A stretch of DNA of 64,000 bases, from NCBI GenBank assembly GCA_965214705.1, contig CBDCCI010000002.1, positions 960,001 through 1,024,000 on the forward strand. Reading direction: 5' to 3'. Of this stretch, positions 1 through 10,572 are shown piece by piece; the stretch's first letter is position 1, and every line of letters starts with the position of its first letter. This DNA comes from Alphaproteobacteria bacterium. GTDB lineage: Bacteria > Pseudomonadota > Alphaproteobacteria > UBA828. The notes beneath the pieces were generated by a model. It searched no databases and was not told the origin of the DNA. It saw nothing but the letters and a program-made list of their open reading frames with translations. The translations under genes were made by a program, and so were the position numbers.

Positions 1-90
1 GGCGACGTTGCGCTGCTCATCGCCGCGGTCATCCTGCTCAGGCTGCTGCCGCAGGGCATCACAGGCCGGTTCTTCCGCCGATGGCTCTGA
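1..90 (+). CDS. 3' end of ABC transporter permease (LivH/UrtB-like), partial
   Basis: Frame 1 reads GDVALLIAAVILLRLLPQGITGRFFRRWL*, a typical LivH-type C-terminus; overlaps the start of the next permease. Confidence 0.7.
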   Translation, partial: GDVALLIAAVILLRLLPQGITGRFFRRWL

Positions 91-1130
91 ACCTCAGTCT
101 CAACTCCGACGGGCTCACGGTGGGGCGGCTTTCGCCGACGCTCACCGGGCCGATCGCGGCCGTCGCGATCATTGCGCTGGTCATCGGCATTCTGCCGCTG
201 GTGATCTCCGACATCTTCATCCTGCTGCAGCTCACGCTCTTCATGGCCTACGGCATCCTCGCCATGAGCCTCGGCTGGGTCTGGGGCTACGGCGGCATCT
301 TCAGCTTCGGTCAGGCCGCGTTCTATGGCCTCGGCGGTTACACCTACGCCGTGGTCTCCATCAACATGGGAGGCAGCACCACCGCGCTCTTCGCGGGCGT
401 CGCCGTGCCCGCGGCCTTCGCGCTCTTCCTCGGCTACTTCATGTTCTACGGCCGCATCAGCACGGTCTACGTGGCGGTCATCACCCTCGTCGTGTCGCTG
501 ATCTTCTACAAGTTCCTGGGCCACACGGCGGGTTACGAATACACCATCGGCACCGCCCATCTCGGCGGCTTTAACGGCATGCCCGCGCTTCCCCCCATCA
601 ACACGCCGGGCAATCCCATGAGCATCATCTGGCCCGAGGACATGTTCGTCATCACCGGGATCTGCCTGCTGCTGGTGTATGTCGGCCTGCGATGCGCCAT
701 GCATTCCAGCTTCGGCCGCGCGGTCGCGGCGATGCGGGAGAACGAACTCCGGGCCGAGCTGCTCGGCTACGACACGCGGCTCTACAAGATGGCCGTCTTC
801 GGGATCGGCGGCGCCGTGGCCGGCCTCGCGGGCGTGCTCTACGCCAACTGGAACTCCTACGTGAGCCCCACCGTGTTCGACCTGGGCTTCAGCGCGCAGA
901 TCATCATCTGGGTGGTGGTCGGCGGACTCGGCACCCTGGTGGGGCCGCTGGTGGGCGCCATGGCTTTGGGCTTCGTCACCATCGAGCTCGGCACGCAGCA
1001 GACCGTGGACGTCAACCTGATCCTCGGCGTCATCCTCGTGGTCTTTGTGCTGGCGGTGCCGGAGGGCGTCACCGCCCAGGCCCGTGCCCTCTATGGCCGC
1101 CTGATGGACCGGGTCCAGGCCAGGGCCTGA
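81..1130 (+). CDS. Branched-chain amino acid/urea-type ABC transporter permease (LivM/UrtC-like)
   Basis: Hydrophobic 349 aa with GYGGIFSFGQAAFYGLGGY, FGRAVAAMRENELRAELLGY and VVGGLGTLVGP motifs. Confidence 0.9.
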   Translation: MALNLSLNSDGLTVGRLSPTLTGPIAAVAIIALVIGILPLVISDIFILLQLTLFMAYGILAMSLGWVWGYGGIFSFGQAAFYGLGGYTYAVVSINMGGSTTALFAGVAVPAAFALFLGYFMFYGRISTVYVAVITLVVSLIFYKFLGHTAGYEYTIGTAHLGGFNGMPALPPINTPGNPMSIIWPEDMFVITGICLLLVYVGLRCAMHSSFGRAVAAMRENELRAELLGYDTRLYKMAVFGIGGAVAGLAGVLYANWNSYVSPTVFDLGFSAQIIIWVVVGGLGTLVGPLVGAMALGFVTIELGTQQTVDVNLILGVILVVFVLAVPEGVTAQARALYGRLMDRVQARA

Positions 1131-1136
1131 GTAGCT

Positions 1137-2129
1137 CTATTCTGCCGCCTGCGTGGCGGGGCCGGCCTCCAGCCGGGCGATGGCGCGGGCATAGACGCCG
1201 GGGTCCACGTTGCCGCCCGAGAGGATCAGCCCGACCTTCTTCCCGGCCATCGCTTCCCGCTCCTGCATCAGCGCCGCGAGCGGGGATGCGCCCGCTCCCT
1301 CGGCGAGGTTGTGCGTGTCGGCGTGATAGGCGGCGATGGCGTCCAGCATCTGGTCGTCGGAGACGCTGACGATGCGCGCACAGCCGGCGAGGATCAGGTC
1401 GAGGCCCTGGGGCGAAGGCTCGCGGGTCGCGATGCCGTCGCCCACCACGGTCGTGGCCCGGTTGATCGAGACCGGCCGCCTTGCCTCGTAGCTGAGCGCG
1501 TAGCAGTTGGCGCCTTCGGCGACCACGCCGATGATCTCGGTCTTGAGTCCGAGCGCATCGCGCACTCCCATCAGCCCGCAGATGCCGGAGCCGAGCCCCA
1601 CCGGCACGTAGACCGCGTCGAGATCGGGCGCCGCGGTGAAGAGCTCCAGCGCATAGGTGCCGACGCCCCGGATGAGGCGCTCGTCGAAGGAGGGGACCAT
1701 GACCAGGTTCCGCTCGGCCGCGAGCGCCTGGGCGTGCTCGTAGGCGGCCTCGAAGTCGGCGCCGTGCACCACCAGCTCGCCGCCAAAGGCGCGCATCGCC
1801 GCGTTCTTGCCTGCCGCGTTGCCCTCCGGCACCACCAGCGTCGCGGCGAGGCCGAGGCGGGTCGCGGCGTAGGCGATGCTCTGGCCGTGATTGCCCCTGG
1901 TGGCGGCGATGACGCCGGCGACCGGACCGTGCCGGCGTAGATCGTCCATGTAGACGAGGCCGCCCCGCACCTTGAAGGCGCAGATCGGGGTGTGGTTCTC
2001 GTGCTTGACCCAGACCTCGGCCCCGGTGCGCTCGGCCAGCAGCGGCCACGGGATTTGCGGCGTGGGGTCGAGGGTCTCGTGGACGAAGGCGGCGGCCTCT
2101 TGGAATTCGGCCAGCGTGGGCAGGCGCAT
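1137..2129 (-). CDS. PLP-dependent threonine/serine dehydratase family protein
   Basis: KHENHTPICAFKVRG (PLP Lys), ATRGNHG, VPVGLGSG and LSGGNVD motifs; ATG at 2129. Confidence 0.9.
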   Translation of the reverse strand: MRLPTLAEFQEAAAFVHETLDPTPQIPWPLLAERTGAEVWVKHENHTPICAFKVRGGLVYMDDLRRHGPVAGVIAATRGNHGQSIAYAATRLGLAATLVVPEGNAAGKNAAMRAFGGELVVHGADFEAAYEHAQALAAERNLVMVPSFDERLIRGVGTYALELFTAAPDLDAVYVPVGLGSGICGLMGVRDALGLKTEIIGVVAEGANCYALSYEARRPVSINRATTVVGDGIATREPSPQGLDLILAGCARIVSVSDDQMLDAIAAYHADTHNLAEGAGASPLAALMQEREAMAGKKVGLILSGGNVDPGVYARAIARLEAGPATQAAE

Positions 2130-2382
2130 GGCGGTGCTCCCCTGGGTCGGTGGCGGCGCACTATAGCAGGCGCGCACGACCTTTCAGGCGTGCGCGACGG
2201 CAGGTGCGCGACAGCGGGTGCGCGATCCTGTCGGGATGGCAGGCCCCGGCCACCGCCCTGCATCGCGTTCCCCCGCCTCATCCTGGCCCTCTCCGATCGC
2301 CGGGCCGGAGAGCTGCCGCGGCCGGGTTCTGTGGCCGGCCCCGTGCTTGCAGGCTATTGTTCCTACGGGAGACAGGGAAGGT

Positions 2383-2727
2383 ATGGCGATGGAGGTGACC
2401 AGCGAAAGGCGGGACGGTGTCCTGTGGTTCTCCGTGAGCGGGCGCATCACTATCCTCAATGCCGCGCAGTTCGAGGAGACGGTCGCAGACGCTATCGAGG
2501 ATGGCGACCGGGCGGTGATTATCGACCTTGAGAACCTGGTCTACATCAGCAGTGCGGGCCTTTACGCCGTCCTCAGGGTCGCAAAGAGCTTGTGGCAACG
2601 CGATGCGGCATTCGCCCTATGCGCACTGTCGGATTCCGTCCATCTGGTTTTCGAGAGAGTAGGGTTCGCCAAAATTATGGCAATCCGTTCGACCAGGGCC
2701 GAGGCACTGGCATCTCTCGAAGGCTGA
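2383..2727 (+). CDS. STAS-domain anti-sigma-factor antagonist
   Basis: About 114 aa with VIIDLENLVYISSAGL containing the conserved Ser; ATG at 2383 or 2389. Confidence 0.85.
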   Translation: MAMEVTSERRDGVLWFSVSGRITILNAAQFEETVADAIEDGDRAVIIDLENLVYISSAGLYAVLRVAKSLWQRDAAFALCALSDSVHLVFERVGFAKIMAIRSTRAEALASLEG

Positions 2728-2875
2728 ATCAGCAGCCCGGCCCCGTCTCGCGCGGCTCCGAGGGAGGCACCGCCGCGCCCCAATTTGCCGCGCCCGCGAC
2801 CCTTCGGGCGCGGGCGATTGGTTGCATCGCGGATAGCGGCCTGTACCTTGGCGGAGCCATTTAGCGAGAGGGGCG

Positions 2876-4480
2876 ATGGAGGTTCTGCGCTCGACGGTCG
2901 ATCCGGCCTCGGACAAGTTCAGGAGCAACGAGGCGGCCATGCGGGCGCTGGTGGACGACCTCGCCACGCGCCACGCGCGGGTGCTGGAGGGCGGCCCTCC
3001 CCAGGCCCGCGAGCGGCACCGGGAGCGGGGCAAGATGCTACTGCGCGAACGGGTGACGGCGCTGATCGACCAGGGCTCGCCCTTCCTGGAGCTCTCGGCG
3101 CTGGCGGCGGACGGGCTCTACGGCACGGATGTTCCGGCCGCCGGCATCATCACCGGGATCGGGCGCATCGAGGGGCGCGAGTGCGTCGTGATCGCCAACG
3201 ACGCGACGGTGAAGGGCGGCACCTACTACCCGATGACCGTCAAGAAGCACATCCGCGCCCAGGAGATCGCCGAGGAGAACCGGCTGCCCTGCGTCTATCT
3301 GGTGGATTCCGGCGGCGCCAACCTGCCGCACCAGGACGAGGTGTTCCCCGACCGCGAGCACTTCGGGCGCATCTTCTACAACCAGGCGCGCATGTCGGCG
3401 AAGGGCATCGCGCAAGTCGCCGTGGTGATGGGGTCGTGCACGGCGGGCGGGGCCTACGTGCCGGCGATGTCCGACGAGACCGTCATCGTCAAGGAGCAGG
3501 GCACGATCTTCCTGGGCGGCCCGCCCCTGGTGAAGGCCGCGACCGGAGAGGAGGTGAGCGCCGAGGAGCTGGGCGGCGCCGACGTGCACACGCGGCTTTC
3601 GGGCGTTGCCGACCACATGGCGGCGGACGACGCCGACGCGATCCGCCGGGCGCGGGCCATCGTCGCTCGGCTGGATGCCACGCCGCCGGGGGCACCGCCC
3701 GCACCAGCGGCCGAGCCTGCCTACGACCCCGCCGAGATCTACGGCGTCGTGCCGCAATCGCTGCGCACCATGTTCAACGTGCGCGAGGTGATCGCGCGCA
3801 TCGCGGACGGCAGCGCCTTCGACGAGTTCAAGGCCCGCTACGGCGCCACCCTGGTGACCGGCTTCGCGCACATCGGCGGGCACCTTGTCGGCATCCTCGC
3901 CAACAACGGCATCCTCTTCTCGGAATCCTCGCTCAAGGGCGCGCACTTCATCGAGCTCTGCTGCCAGCGCGGCATCCCGCTGCTGTTCCTGCAGAACATC
4001 GTGGGCTTCATGGTGGGCAAGCGCTACGAGCAAGGCGGCATCGCCAAGGACGGGGCCAAGCTGGTCACCGCGGTCTCGTGCGCGGCCGTGCCCAAGCTCA
4101 CGGTCATCATCGGCGGCAGCTACGGCGCCGGGAACTACGGCATGTGCGGGCGCGCCTTCGGGCCGCGCTTCCTCTGGATGTGGCCCAATGCGCGCATCTC
4201 GGTGATGGGGGGCGAGCAGGCGGCGAGCGTGCTCGCCCGTATTCGGCGTGACCGGATCGAGGCCGGCGGCGACGAATGGAGCGAGGACGAGGAGGCCGCG
4301 TTCAAGGCGCCGATCCTCTCGCAGTACGAGGAGCAGGGGAATCCCTACTACGCCGCAGCCCGGCTCTGGCACGACGGGGTGATCGACCCGGCCGAGACGC
4401 GGCAGGTGCTGGCGCGCGCTCTCGGCATCGTCGCGGGCGGGCCGGCCGAGGCCACGCGCTTCGGCGTCTTCAGGATGTAG
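2876..4480 (+). CDS. mccB: Methylcrotonyl-CoA carboxylase carboxyltransferase (beta) subunit
   Basis: [30 protein letters not shown] and [13 protein letters not shown] motifs; C-terminal FGVFRM. Confidence 0.92.
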   Translation: MEVLRSTVDPASDKFRSNEAAMRALVDDLATRHARVLEGGPPQARERHRERGKMLLRERVTALIDQGSPFLELSALAADGLYGTDVPAAGIITGIGRIEGRECVVIANDATVKGGTYYPMTVKKHIRAQEIAEENRLPCVYLVDSGGANLPHQDEVFPDREHFGRIFYNQARMSAKGIAQVAVVMGSCTAGGAYVPAMSDETVIVKEQGTIFLGGPPLVKAATGEEVSAEELGGADVHTRLSGVADHMAADDADAIRRARAIVARLDATPPGAPPAPAAEPAYDPAEIYGVVPQSLRTMFNVREVIARIADGSAFDEFKARYGATLVTGFAHIGGHLVGILANNGILFSESSLKGAHFIELCCQRGIPLLFLQNIVGFMVGKRYEQGGIAKDGAKLVTAVSCAAVPKLTVIIGGSYGAGNYGMCGRAFGPRFLWMWPNARISVMGGEQAASVLARIRRDRIEAGGDEWSEDEEAAFKAPILSQYEEQGNPYYAAARLWHDGVIDPAETRQVLARALGIVAGGPAEATRFGVFRM

Positions 4481-4496
4481 CGGGGGGCGCAGGGCC

Positions 4497-5282
4497 ATGG
4501 CCGACGATACCGTGCTGGTCGGATTCGAGGGCGCCGTCGCCACGGTCACGCTCAACCGACCCAAAGCGCACAACGCCTTCGACGACGCGCTGGTCGCCCT
4601 GCTCACGAGCACGCTGGAGGGGCTGGGCGCGCGTTACGACGTGCGCGTGGTCGTCCTCACCGGGCGCGGCAAGTCCTTCAGTGCCGGCGCCGACCTGGCG
4701 TACATGAAGCGGGCCGCGGGCTTCTCGGAGGCGGAAAACATTGTCGACGCCCGCGCGGTCGCACGCCTCCTCATGGTGCTGGGCGGCCTGCCCAAGCCCA
4801 CGGTGGCGCTGGTGCAGGGGCCGGCCTACGGCGGCGGCGTCGGCCTGGTCAGCGCCTGCGATATCGCCATCTCGGCGGAGGGCGCATCGTTCGCATTGAC
4901 CGAGGTGCGCCTCGGGCTGATTCCCGCCGTGATCAGCCCGTTCGTGGTCCGCGCCATCGGCGACTCCTGGAGCCGGCGCTACATGCTCACGGGCGAGCGC
5001 TTCGATGCTGAGACCGCGCTCCGGATCGGGCTGGTGCACGAGGTGGTGCCCGCCAAGGCACTCGAAGAGCGCGGCGCGGAGATAGTTCAGACCCTCCTGC
5101 GATGTTCGCCCGACGCGCAACGCCGGGCGAAGTCGCTGATCGACGCGGTCTCGGGCCGGCCGATCGACGATGCTCTGGCCGACGATGTCGCGCGCCGCAT
5201 CGCCTCCGCCCGGGCCTCGGAGGACGGGAAGGAGGGGATCGCCGCTTTCCTGGAGAAGCGGCCGCCCAGGTGGTGGGACTGA
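4497..5282 (+). CDS. Enoyl-CoA hydratase, methylglutaconyl-CoA hydratase (LiuC)-like
   Basis: FSAGADL, YGGGVGL and EVRLGLIPAVISP motifs; directly follows mccB. Confidence 0.88.
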   Translation: MADDTVLVGFEGAVATVTLNRPKAHNAFDDALVALLTSTLEGLGARYDVRVVVLTGRGKSFSAGADLAYMKRAAGFSEAENIVDARAVARLLMVLGGLPKPTVALVQGPAYGGGVGLVSACDIAISAEGASFALTEVRLGLIPAVISPFVVRAIGDSWSRRYMLTGERFDAETALRIGLVHEVVPAKALEERGAEIVQTLLRCSPDAQRRAKSLIDAVSGRPIDDALADDVARRIASARASEDGKEGIAAFLEKRPPRWWD

Positions 5283-5331
5283 ACCTGCAAGAGCCAGATT
5301 CCGCGCGCGTCAGGCTTCGCGGACGCGCGAC

Positions 5332-5763
5332 GTGGCGCTGCACCTGCTGAAGCTCGCCGTCGGTATCGACGGGGTGGACCATCTGCGTGCGGTCCAGGCG
5401 GCGCGGCTTGAGCGGCTCGGCCGGCTGATTCACGTCACCCGCTTCACGCCGCGCCGGGCCGAGGAAATCCTGGCGGGCGGTTCGATGTACTGGGTCGTCA
5501 GGCACCGCATCCGCGTGCGCCAGCGCATCCTGCGCTTCGACCGGCACGAGACCAAGGCGGGCGGCAAGCCCAAGTGCGCGATCGTGCTCGATCCCGAGCT
5601 GATCGCCACCGACCCGGTGCACCGGCGCCCGCACCAGGGCTGGCGCTATCTGGAGGGCACCGCTGCACCACGCGACCTCGGCCCGGTGGGAACGGTCGAG
5701 ATACCCGAGGACGCCTTCCCGCCGGACATGGCGGCCGAACTCCGCGCCCTCGGTCTTCTCTGA
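5332..5763 (+). CDS. DUF1489 family protein
   Basis: LHLLKLAVG, GGSMYWV and RRPHQGWRYL motifs; GTG start at 5332. Confidence 0.8.
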   Translation: MALHLLKLAVGIDGVDHLRAVQAARLERLGRLIHVTRFTPRRAEEILAGGSMYWVVRHRIRVRQRILRFDRHETKAGGKPKCAIVLDPELIATDPVHRRPHQGWRYLEGTAAPRDLGPVGTVEIPEDAFPPDMAAELRALGLL

Positions 5764-5820
5764 GCGCGGCCGGCGCGGGCCGTGCTAAGCTGGCGCGGAA
5801 GAGAGACGGAGGATGCGGTC

Positions 5821-6444
5821 ATGAGCGGGGCTGACTGGCACATCAAGGGCGACTACTTCGAGACCTGCAGCTGCGACTACCTCTGCCCCTGTATCTTCAC
5901 CAACATGACCGCGATGCCGACCGACGGCGTCTGCGAGGTCGCGATCGTGCTGGACATCGCGGAGGGGCACTACGGCGACACCCGCCTCGACGGCGTGGCC
6001 TTCGTCACCGCGGCGATGGTGGCCGGCCCGATGGGCGACGGCAACTGGACCGTGGGCCTGATCATCGACGAGGGGGCGAGCGACGCACAGGTGGACGCCA
6101 TCGGCCGCATCTGCTCTGGCGACGAGGGCGGTCCGATGGCGCTGATGGCGCCGCTCATCGGCACCTTCGCCGGCGTGGCGCGGGCGCCGATCAAGATCGA
6201 GCGGCGGAAGATGGGCTTCTCGATCACCGCCGGCGACCTGCTCAGCCACGGGGCCGAGGGCGTGCCCAGCCTGCCCGATCCCTCCGAGACCATCATGATC
6301 GACAACACCGGGCACCCCGCCAACAAACGCCTGCACCTCGCCGTCGGGACCCACAGCCACCTGAACGTCTTCGGCATCGAGTGGAACGACGCGGCGGGCG
6401 GCCACAACGGCCACTACGCCCCGTTCGACTGGCGTCCGAACTAG
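5821..6444 (+). CDS. DUF1326 family protein
   Basis: W-x-I-x-G-D-Y-F-E-T-C-S-C-x3-C-P-C N-terminal motif. Confidence 0.8.
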   Translation: MSGADWHIKGDYFETCSCDYLCPCIFTNMTAMPTDGVCEVAIVLDIAEGHYGDTRLDGVAFVTAAMVAGPMGDGNWTVGLIIDEGASDAQVDAIGRICSGDEGGPMALMAPLIGTFAGVARAPIKIERRKMGFSITAGDLLSHGAEGVPSLPDPSETIMIDNTGHPANKRLHLAVGTHSHLNVFGIEWNDAAGGHNGHYAPFDWRPN

Positions 6445-7321
6445 CCCGCAATTCTCACCAAGGTCATGGACAGCGCCGCCCTTCGGGTCGCGCCCAGGCG
6501 CCCGCCCGCGTCGTCGCGGGCCTCAACCGTAGTCCCCGCTACGCTTTTCGGCCCGCTCCTGGCGGATCAAACGCCTGGGTGCGACGCAGGCCGTGACCTT
6601 GGTGAGAATTGCGGGCTGGCCGTCGGACCGTAAGTCGGTCCCGAATTTTGGTGCCGCGGCCCGGTCATCGACGGCCGGGCCCGAACGCCCTGGCGCGGGC
6701 GTGACTGAGGCAGACATCATTGTCGTGGGCGCCGGGTCGGCAGGCTGCGTGCTTGCCGCGAGGCTTACCGAGCGGCCAGACCTCCGCGTTCTCTTGCTGG
6801 AGGCGGGCGGAGAACCCGAGAACCCCGACATCTCCGATCCTGCCGCCTGGCCAATTCTACAAGGCTCCGAGATCGACTGGAATTTCGAGACCGTGCCGCA
6901 GCACTCCATGGCAGGACGCGCACATCCCTGGCCGCGCGGGCGCGTGGTGGGCGGGACGAGCGCGATGAATGCCATGGGTCATGTGCGCGGCCACCCCAGA
7001 GACTTCGACAAGTGGGCCGAGGCCGGCGCTACGGGATGGAACTGGGCCGCGCTGCAGCCCTACTTCACTCGTTCGGAAACCTCGCCCTTCGCCCCCGAAG
7101 AGGGTTATGGCGGAGGGGGTCCCGTGCGACTTTGCCAGCCCGCCAGACCGCACCCGCTCACCCGTGCTCACTGCTCGGCCGGAAGGGAGCTCGGGCTCCA
7201 TCCCATCCGCGACCACAACGGGCGGGACCTGGCGGGACCGACGCTCAATACGCTCACGATTGTGGATGGTCGGCGGCAGAGTGTGGCCGATGCCTACTTG
7301 AGCCAGACCGTTCGCGCGAGA

Positions 7322-9481
7322 CCCAAGTTGGCACTTTTTCCGACCAGCCGAGCCTGTTCGAGCCAGTTTTGCGGCGCTGAACCACTAGATGTTGGGGTTG
7401 GAGGACACCTGAGACCCACATTTGCCATTCGTGGTCCTGGAAGCCAATTGTGGGGCCAGGACTTTGGAGTTGAGTCGATATCCCTCTTGCCAGATGCCGC
7501 GAACGCCGTGTATGCGAAACAGGCATCGCAGAAACGGCGCCGCCATGTACATCAAGGCAACCAGGACACACACCGACAAGGCCGGCCAGCCGGTCCGAAG
7601 CCATCGCCTCGTGCTCGCCCAGCGCGTCGGCGACAAGGTGCGCCACAGGACGCTGCTCAATCTCGGCACCGACTATCCGGTGCCGCGCGAGAAGTGGAAG
7701 GCCGTCACCGAACTCGCCGAGGCGCTGCTTCACGGCAAGCCGCCGCTGTTCGAGGGCGAGGCGGATGTGCGGGCCGCAGCCGAGGACATCGTCGCCAAGC
7801 TCAGGGCCAGGGGGTTCCGCGTCGAGGCGATGCAGGAAGAGGCGCGCAAGCCCGACATCGCCACCGTCGACCTCGATACCCTGGAGCACGAGAACCCGCG
7901 CACGGTCGGCTGCGAGCGCCTGTGCCTCAAGGCCCTCGACGCCCTCGGCTTCGCCGAAATCCTCCACGGCCTCGACATCAAGGGCCGCGACGGGCGCATC
8001 GCCAGCGCGCTGATCGTCGCCAGGATGGTCCATCCCGCCAGCGAGCGTGATACCAGCCGCTGGCTCCGCCACGACAGCGCGGCCGCCGAGCTCCTGGGCC
8101 TGGAGGGCGACCGCAAGGCGCTGCGGCGCAAGACGCTCTACCGCATCGGCGACCTGCTCTGGCGCCACCGCGCCGCCATCCAGCGGGAGCTGTTCAACCG
8201 TGAGCGCGCACTGCTCGACCTGCCCGAGACGATCGCCTTCTACGATCTCACCAACGTCCACTACCACGGCCACACGGGCGGCGAGCTTCCCAGGTTCGGG
8301 CGCTCCAAGCAGAAGCGCGACGACTGTCCCCTCATCACGCTGGCGCTGGCGCTCGACGGCGCGGGCTTCCCGCGCAGTTGCGAGATCCTGCCGGGCAACG
8401 TGAGCGAGCCGGGCACGCTGCACGAGGCGCTGGCGCGGCTCGAGGCGGTGTGCGGCGGCACGGCGCCGAAGCCCACGGTGGTCATGGACGCGGGCATCGC
8501 CACCGAGAAAAACATCGCGTGGCTGGGCGAGCAGGGCTACGACTGGATCGCGGTCAGCCGCGGTGCCAGGCCTGCGCCGCCCGAGGGCGGACCCGAGGCC
8601 CTGCTGATCACCAGCGCGCGCCACGAGGTGCGGGCCTGGCGGCTTGCCAGCGAGGACGGCGAGGCGCGGCTCTACGTCGTCAGCGAGGGCAAGAAGAAGG
8701 CCGAGAACGCGATCATCGGCCTGAGGCGGAACCGCTTCGAGGCGGCGCTGGAAAGGCTCCACGGCGGCCTCCCGGTCAAGGGCCGCCTCAAGCGCTACGA
8801 CAAGGTGCTGGAGAGCATAGGCCGCCTCAAGCAGCGCTTCTCCGCCGTCGCCAGGCACTACGAGATCACGGTCGAGAGGGCGAAAACCGGCCCCAATGCC
8901 ACCGCCGTGCGCTTCAAGCGCAGGCCGCGATACGACGAGGCCGATGAGGGCGCCGGTGCCTATGTGCTGCGCACCAGCCACGTCGACTGGGACATCGAGA
9001 CGGTCCTGCGGACGTACTGGCGGATCACGGATATCGAGGCGACATTCCGGAGCCTGAAATCCGAGCTCGGCCTTCGCCCGATCTGGCACCAGCTCGACCG
9101 GCGCATCGCGGCCCACCTGCTGATCGCCGTGCTGGCCTACCACGCCGTGCATCTGATCCGTACCCGGCTGGCCGCGCGCGGCATCCACAAGTGCTGGGCG
9201 TCGATCCGCGAGAGCATGCGGACCTGGGTGCGGATCACCACGCGCCTGCGCCAGACCGACGGCACCTTGATCGTCAACCGCCAGGACACGCGCCCGGCCG
9301 CCGAGGTTGCCGCAATCTCCTCGGCGGCGGGCGTGGACCCCGCCATCCACCGCACGAGGACCCGTCTGATGAGCTGACAGAATCTCACAAAATGTGGGGC
9401 CATGTTGGAATCGACCGAGAAAAATATCGCGTTGAATCAAACCAATAGGGAACACAGGCAGCGGAAAAGTGCCAACTTGGG
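7322..9481 (+). mobile_element. IS1634-family insertion sequence, copy 1 (2160 bp)
   Basis: 17-bp perfect terminal IRs CCCAAGTTGGCACTTTT (7322-7338 / 9465-9481); 4-bp target duplication GAGA (7318-7321 / 9482-9485). Confidence 0.93.
7545..9377 (+). CDS. IS1634-family DDE transposase (610 aa)
   Basis: MYIK start; RTLLNLG, FYDLT (D), FGRSKQKRDD, VVMDAGI (D), IEATFRSLK (E) and LRPIWH motifs. Confidence 0.9.
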   Translation: MYIKATRTHTDKAGQPVRSHRLVLAQRVGDKVRHRTLLNLGTDYPVPREKWKAVTELAEALLHGKPPLFEGEADVRAAAEDIVAKLRARGFRVEAMQEEARKPDIATVDLDTLEHENPRTVGCERLCLKALDALGFAEILHGLDIKGRDGRIASALIVARMVHPASERDTSRWLRHDSAAAELLGLEGDRKALRRKTLYRIGDLLWRHRAAIQRELFNRERALLDLPETIAFYDLTNVHYHGHTGGELPRFGRSKQKRDDCPLITLALALDGAGFPRSCEILPGNVSEPGTLHEALARLEAVCGGTAPKPTVVMDAGIATEKNIAWLGEQGYDWIAVSRGARPAPPEGGPEALLITSARHEVRAWRLASEDGEARLYVVSEGKKKAENAIIGLRRNRFEAALERLHGGLPVKGRLKRYDKVLESIGRLKQRFSAVARHYEITVERAKTGPNATAVRFKRRPRYDEADEGAGAYVLRTSHVDWDIETVLRTYWRITDIEATFRSLKSELGLRPIWHQLDRRIAAHLLIAVLAYHAVHLIRTRLAARGIHKCWASIRESMRTWVRITTRLRQTDGTLIVNRQDTRPAAEVAAISSAAGVDPAIHRTRTRLMS

Positions 9482-10572
9482 GAGAGCGAACCTTGATCTG
9501 CGCTCAGGCCTGCTCGTCGACCGGTTGGCCTTCGACGACAGCGGACGCGCAATTGGGGTCCACGCACTGGTGGGCGGCACGAGCCACCGCCTCGATGCCC
9601 GGCGCGCCGTTGTTCTGGCCGCCGGGGTCATCGGAACGCCTGCGATCCTGATGCGATCCGGTCTGGGCCCCGGCGCCCGGCTGGCGGCACTCGGCGTTGG
9701 CCTTCGGCGCGACATGCCCGACGTCGGGCAAAACCTGCAGGACCACCTGCTTGCCGCGGGCAATGTTTATCGCGCCCGCAGGCCGATTCCGCCGACCACG
9801 ACGCAACATTCGGAGGCGCTCACCTACATCCACGCACGTGGGCAGGTTCCCCAAGACGCGCCCGACCTAGTGGTGGCGTGCGTCACGCTCCCCGTGGTCT
9901 CCGAAGCGCTTGCGGGCAGGATTCGCGTGCCCGCCCCCGGTGAGGGATACACCTTGATGTTCGGCATCACGCACCCGCGCAGCCGGGGTCACCTGACCAT
10001 CGCCTCCGCAGACCCGCAGGCGAAGCCGGTCATCGATCCCGCCTATCTCACCGCAGCGGAGGACCGCTCGCTATTCCTCGAAGCGCTCGACTGGGCGCGG
10101 CGGCTGGGCGCAGCTGACGCCTACGCGCCGTGGTGCGGCGAAGAACTATTGCCGCAGCCCAGCGATCTCGCGAGCCAGGATGCGCGATCGGCATTCATCG
10201 AGCGCGCCGCCTTCACGCATCACCATCCGATCGGAACGTGCAGGATGGGAACGGACCCTGATGCCGTTGTCCGCCCCGACCTTTCAGCCGCAGGCGTACC
10301 GGGGCTCTATATCGTTGACGGCTCTGTCCTTCCGAGCCTGACGACGGGCCCGGTCAACGCGGCTATCGTCGCGGTCGCGGAACGGGCCAGCGATCTTCTT
10401 TCCGCCCGTTGACCGGACCCGCGGGGAGCCTGAGCGGAGAACACGGAGACTCTTGCCCGTCAAGCGGCGGCCGGTCCCGGCTCCTTCGCGGCGCCCGCCA
10501 CCGCCGCCCGCGTGACACGGTTGGCGTTCTCTATAGACTTCGCCCCGCTACGGCGCAGCGGGAAGGACGGCG

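Larger units (their letters stand above)
6701..10412 (+). pseudogene. GMC oxidoreductase, pyridoxine 4-oxidase-like, interrupted by an IS1634-family element
   Basis: Halves 6701-7321 and 9486-10412 join in frame (DAYLSQTVRAR|ANLDLR, 515 aa). Motifs: GAGSAG, PAAWPILQG, NLQDHLLAAGN, QHSE, FGITHP, THHHPIGTCRMG. Confidence 0.85.

Noticed and set aside
7310-7321. Restored IS1634 target forms a 6-bp hairpin (GTTCGC...GCGAAC)
   Set aside because: The second insertion site shows only a weak 3/4 stem, so there is no support for structure-directed targeting.
7254-9455. 733-aa antisense ORF over IS1634 (and its twin at 51515-53716)
   Set aside because: Mirror frame of a GC-rich transposase gene; no recognisable motifs, and it crosses the element boundary.
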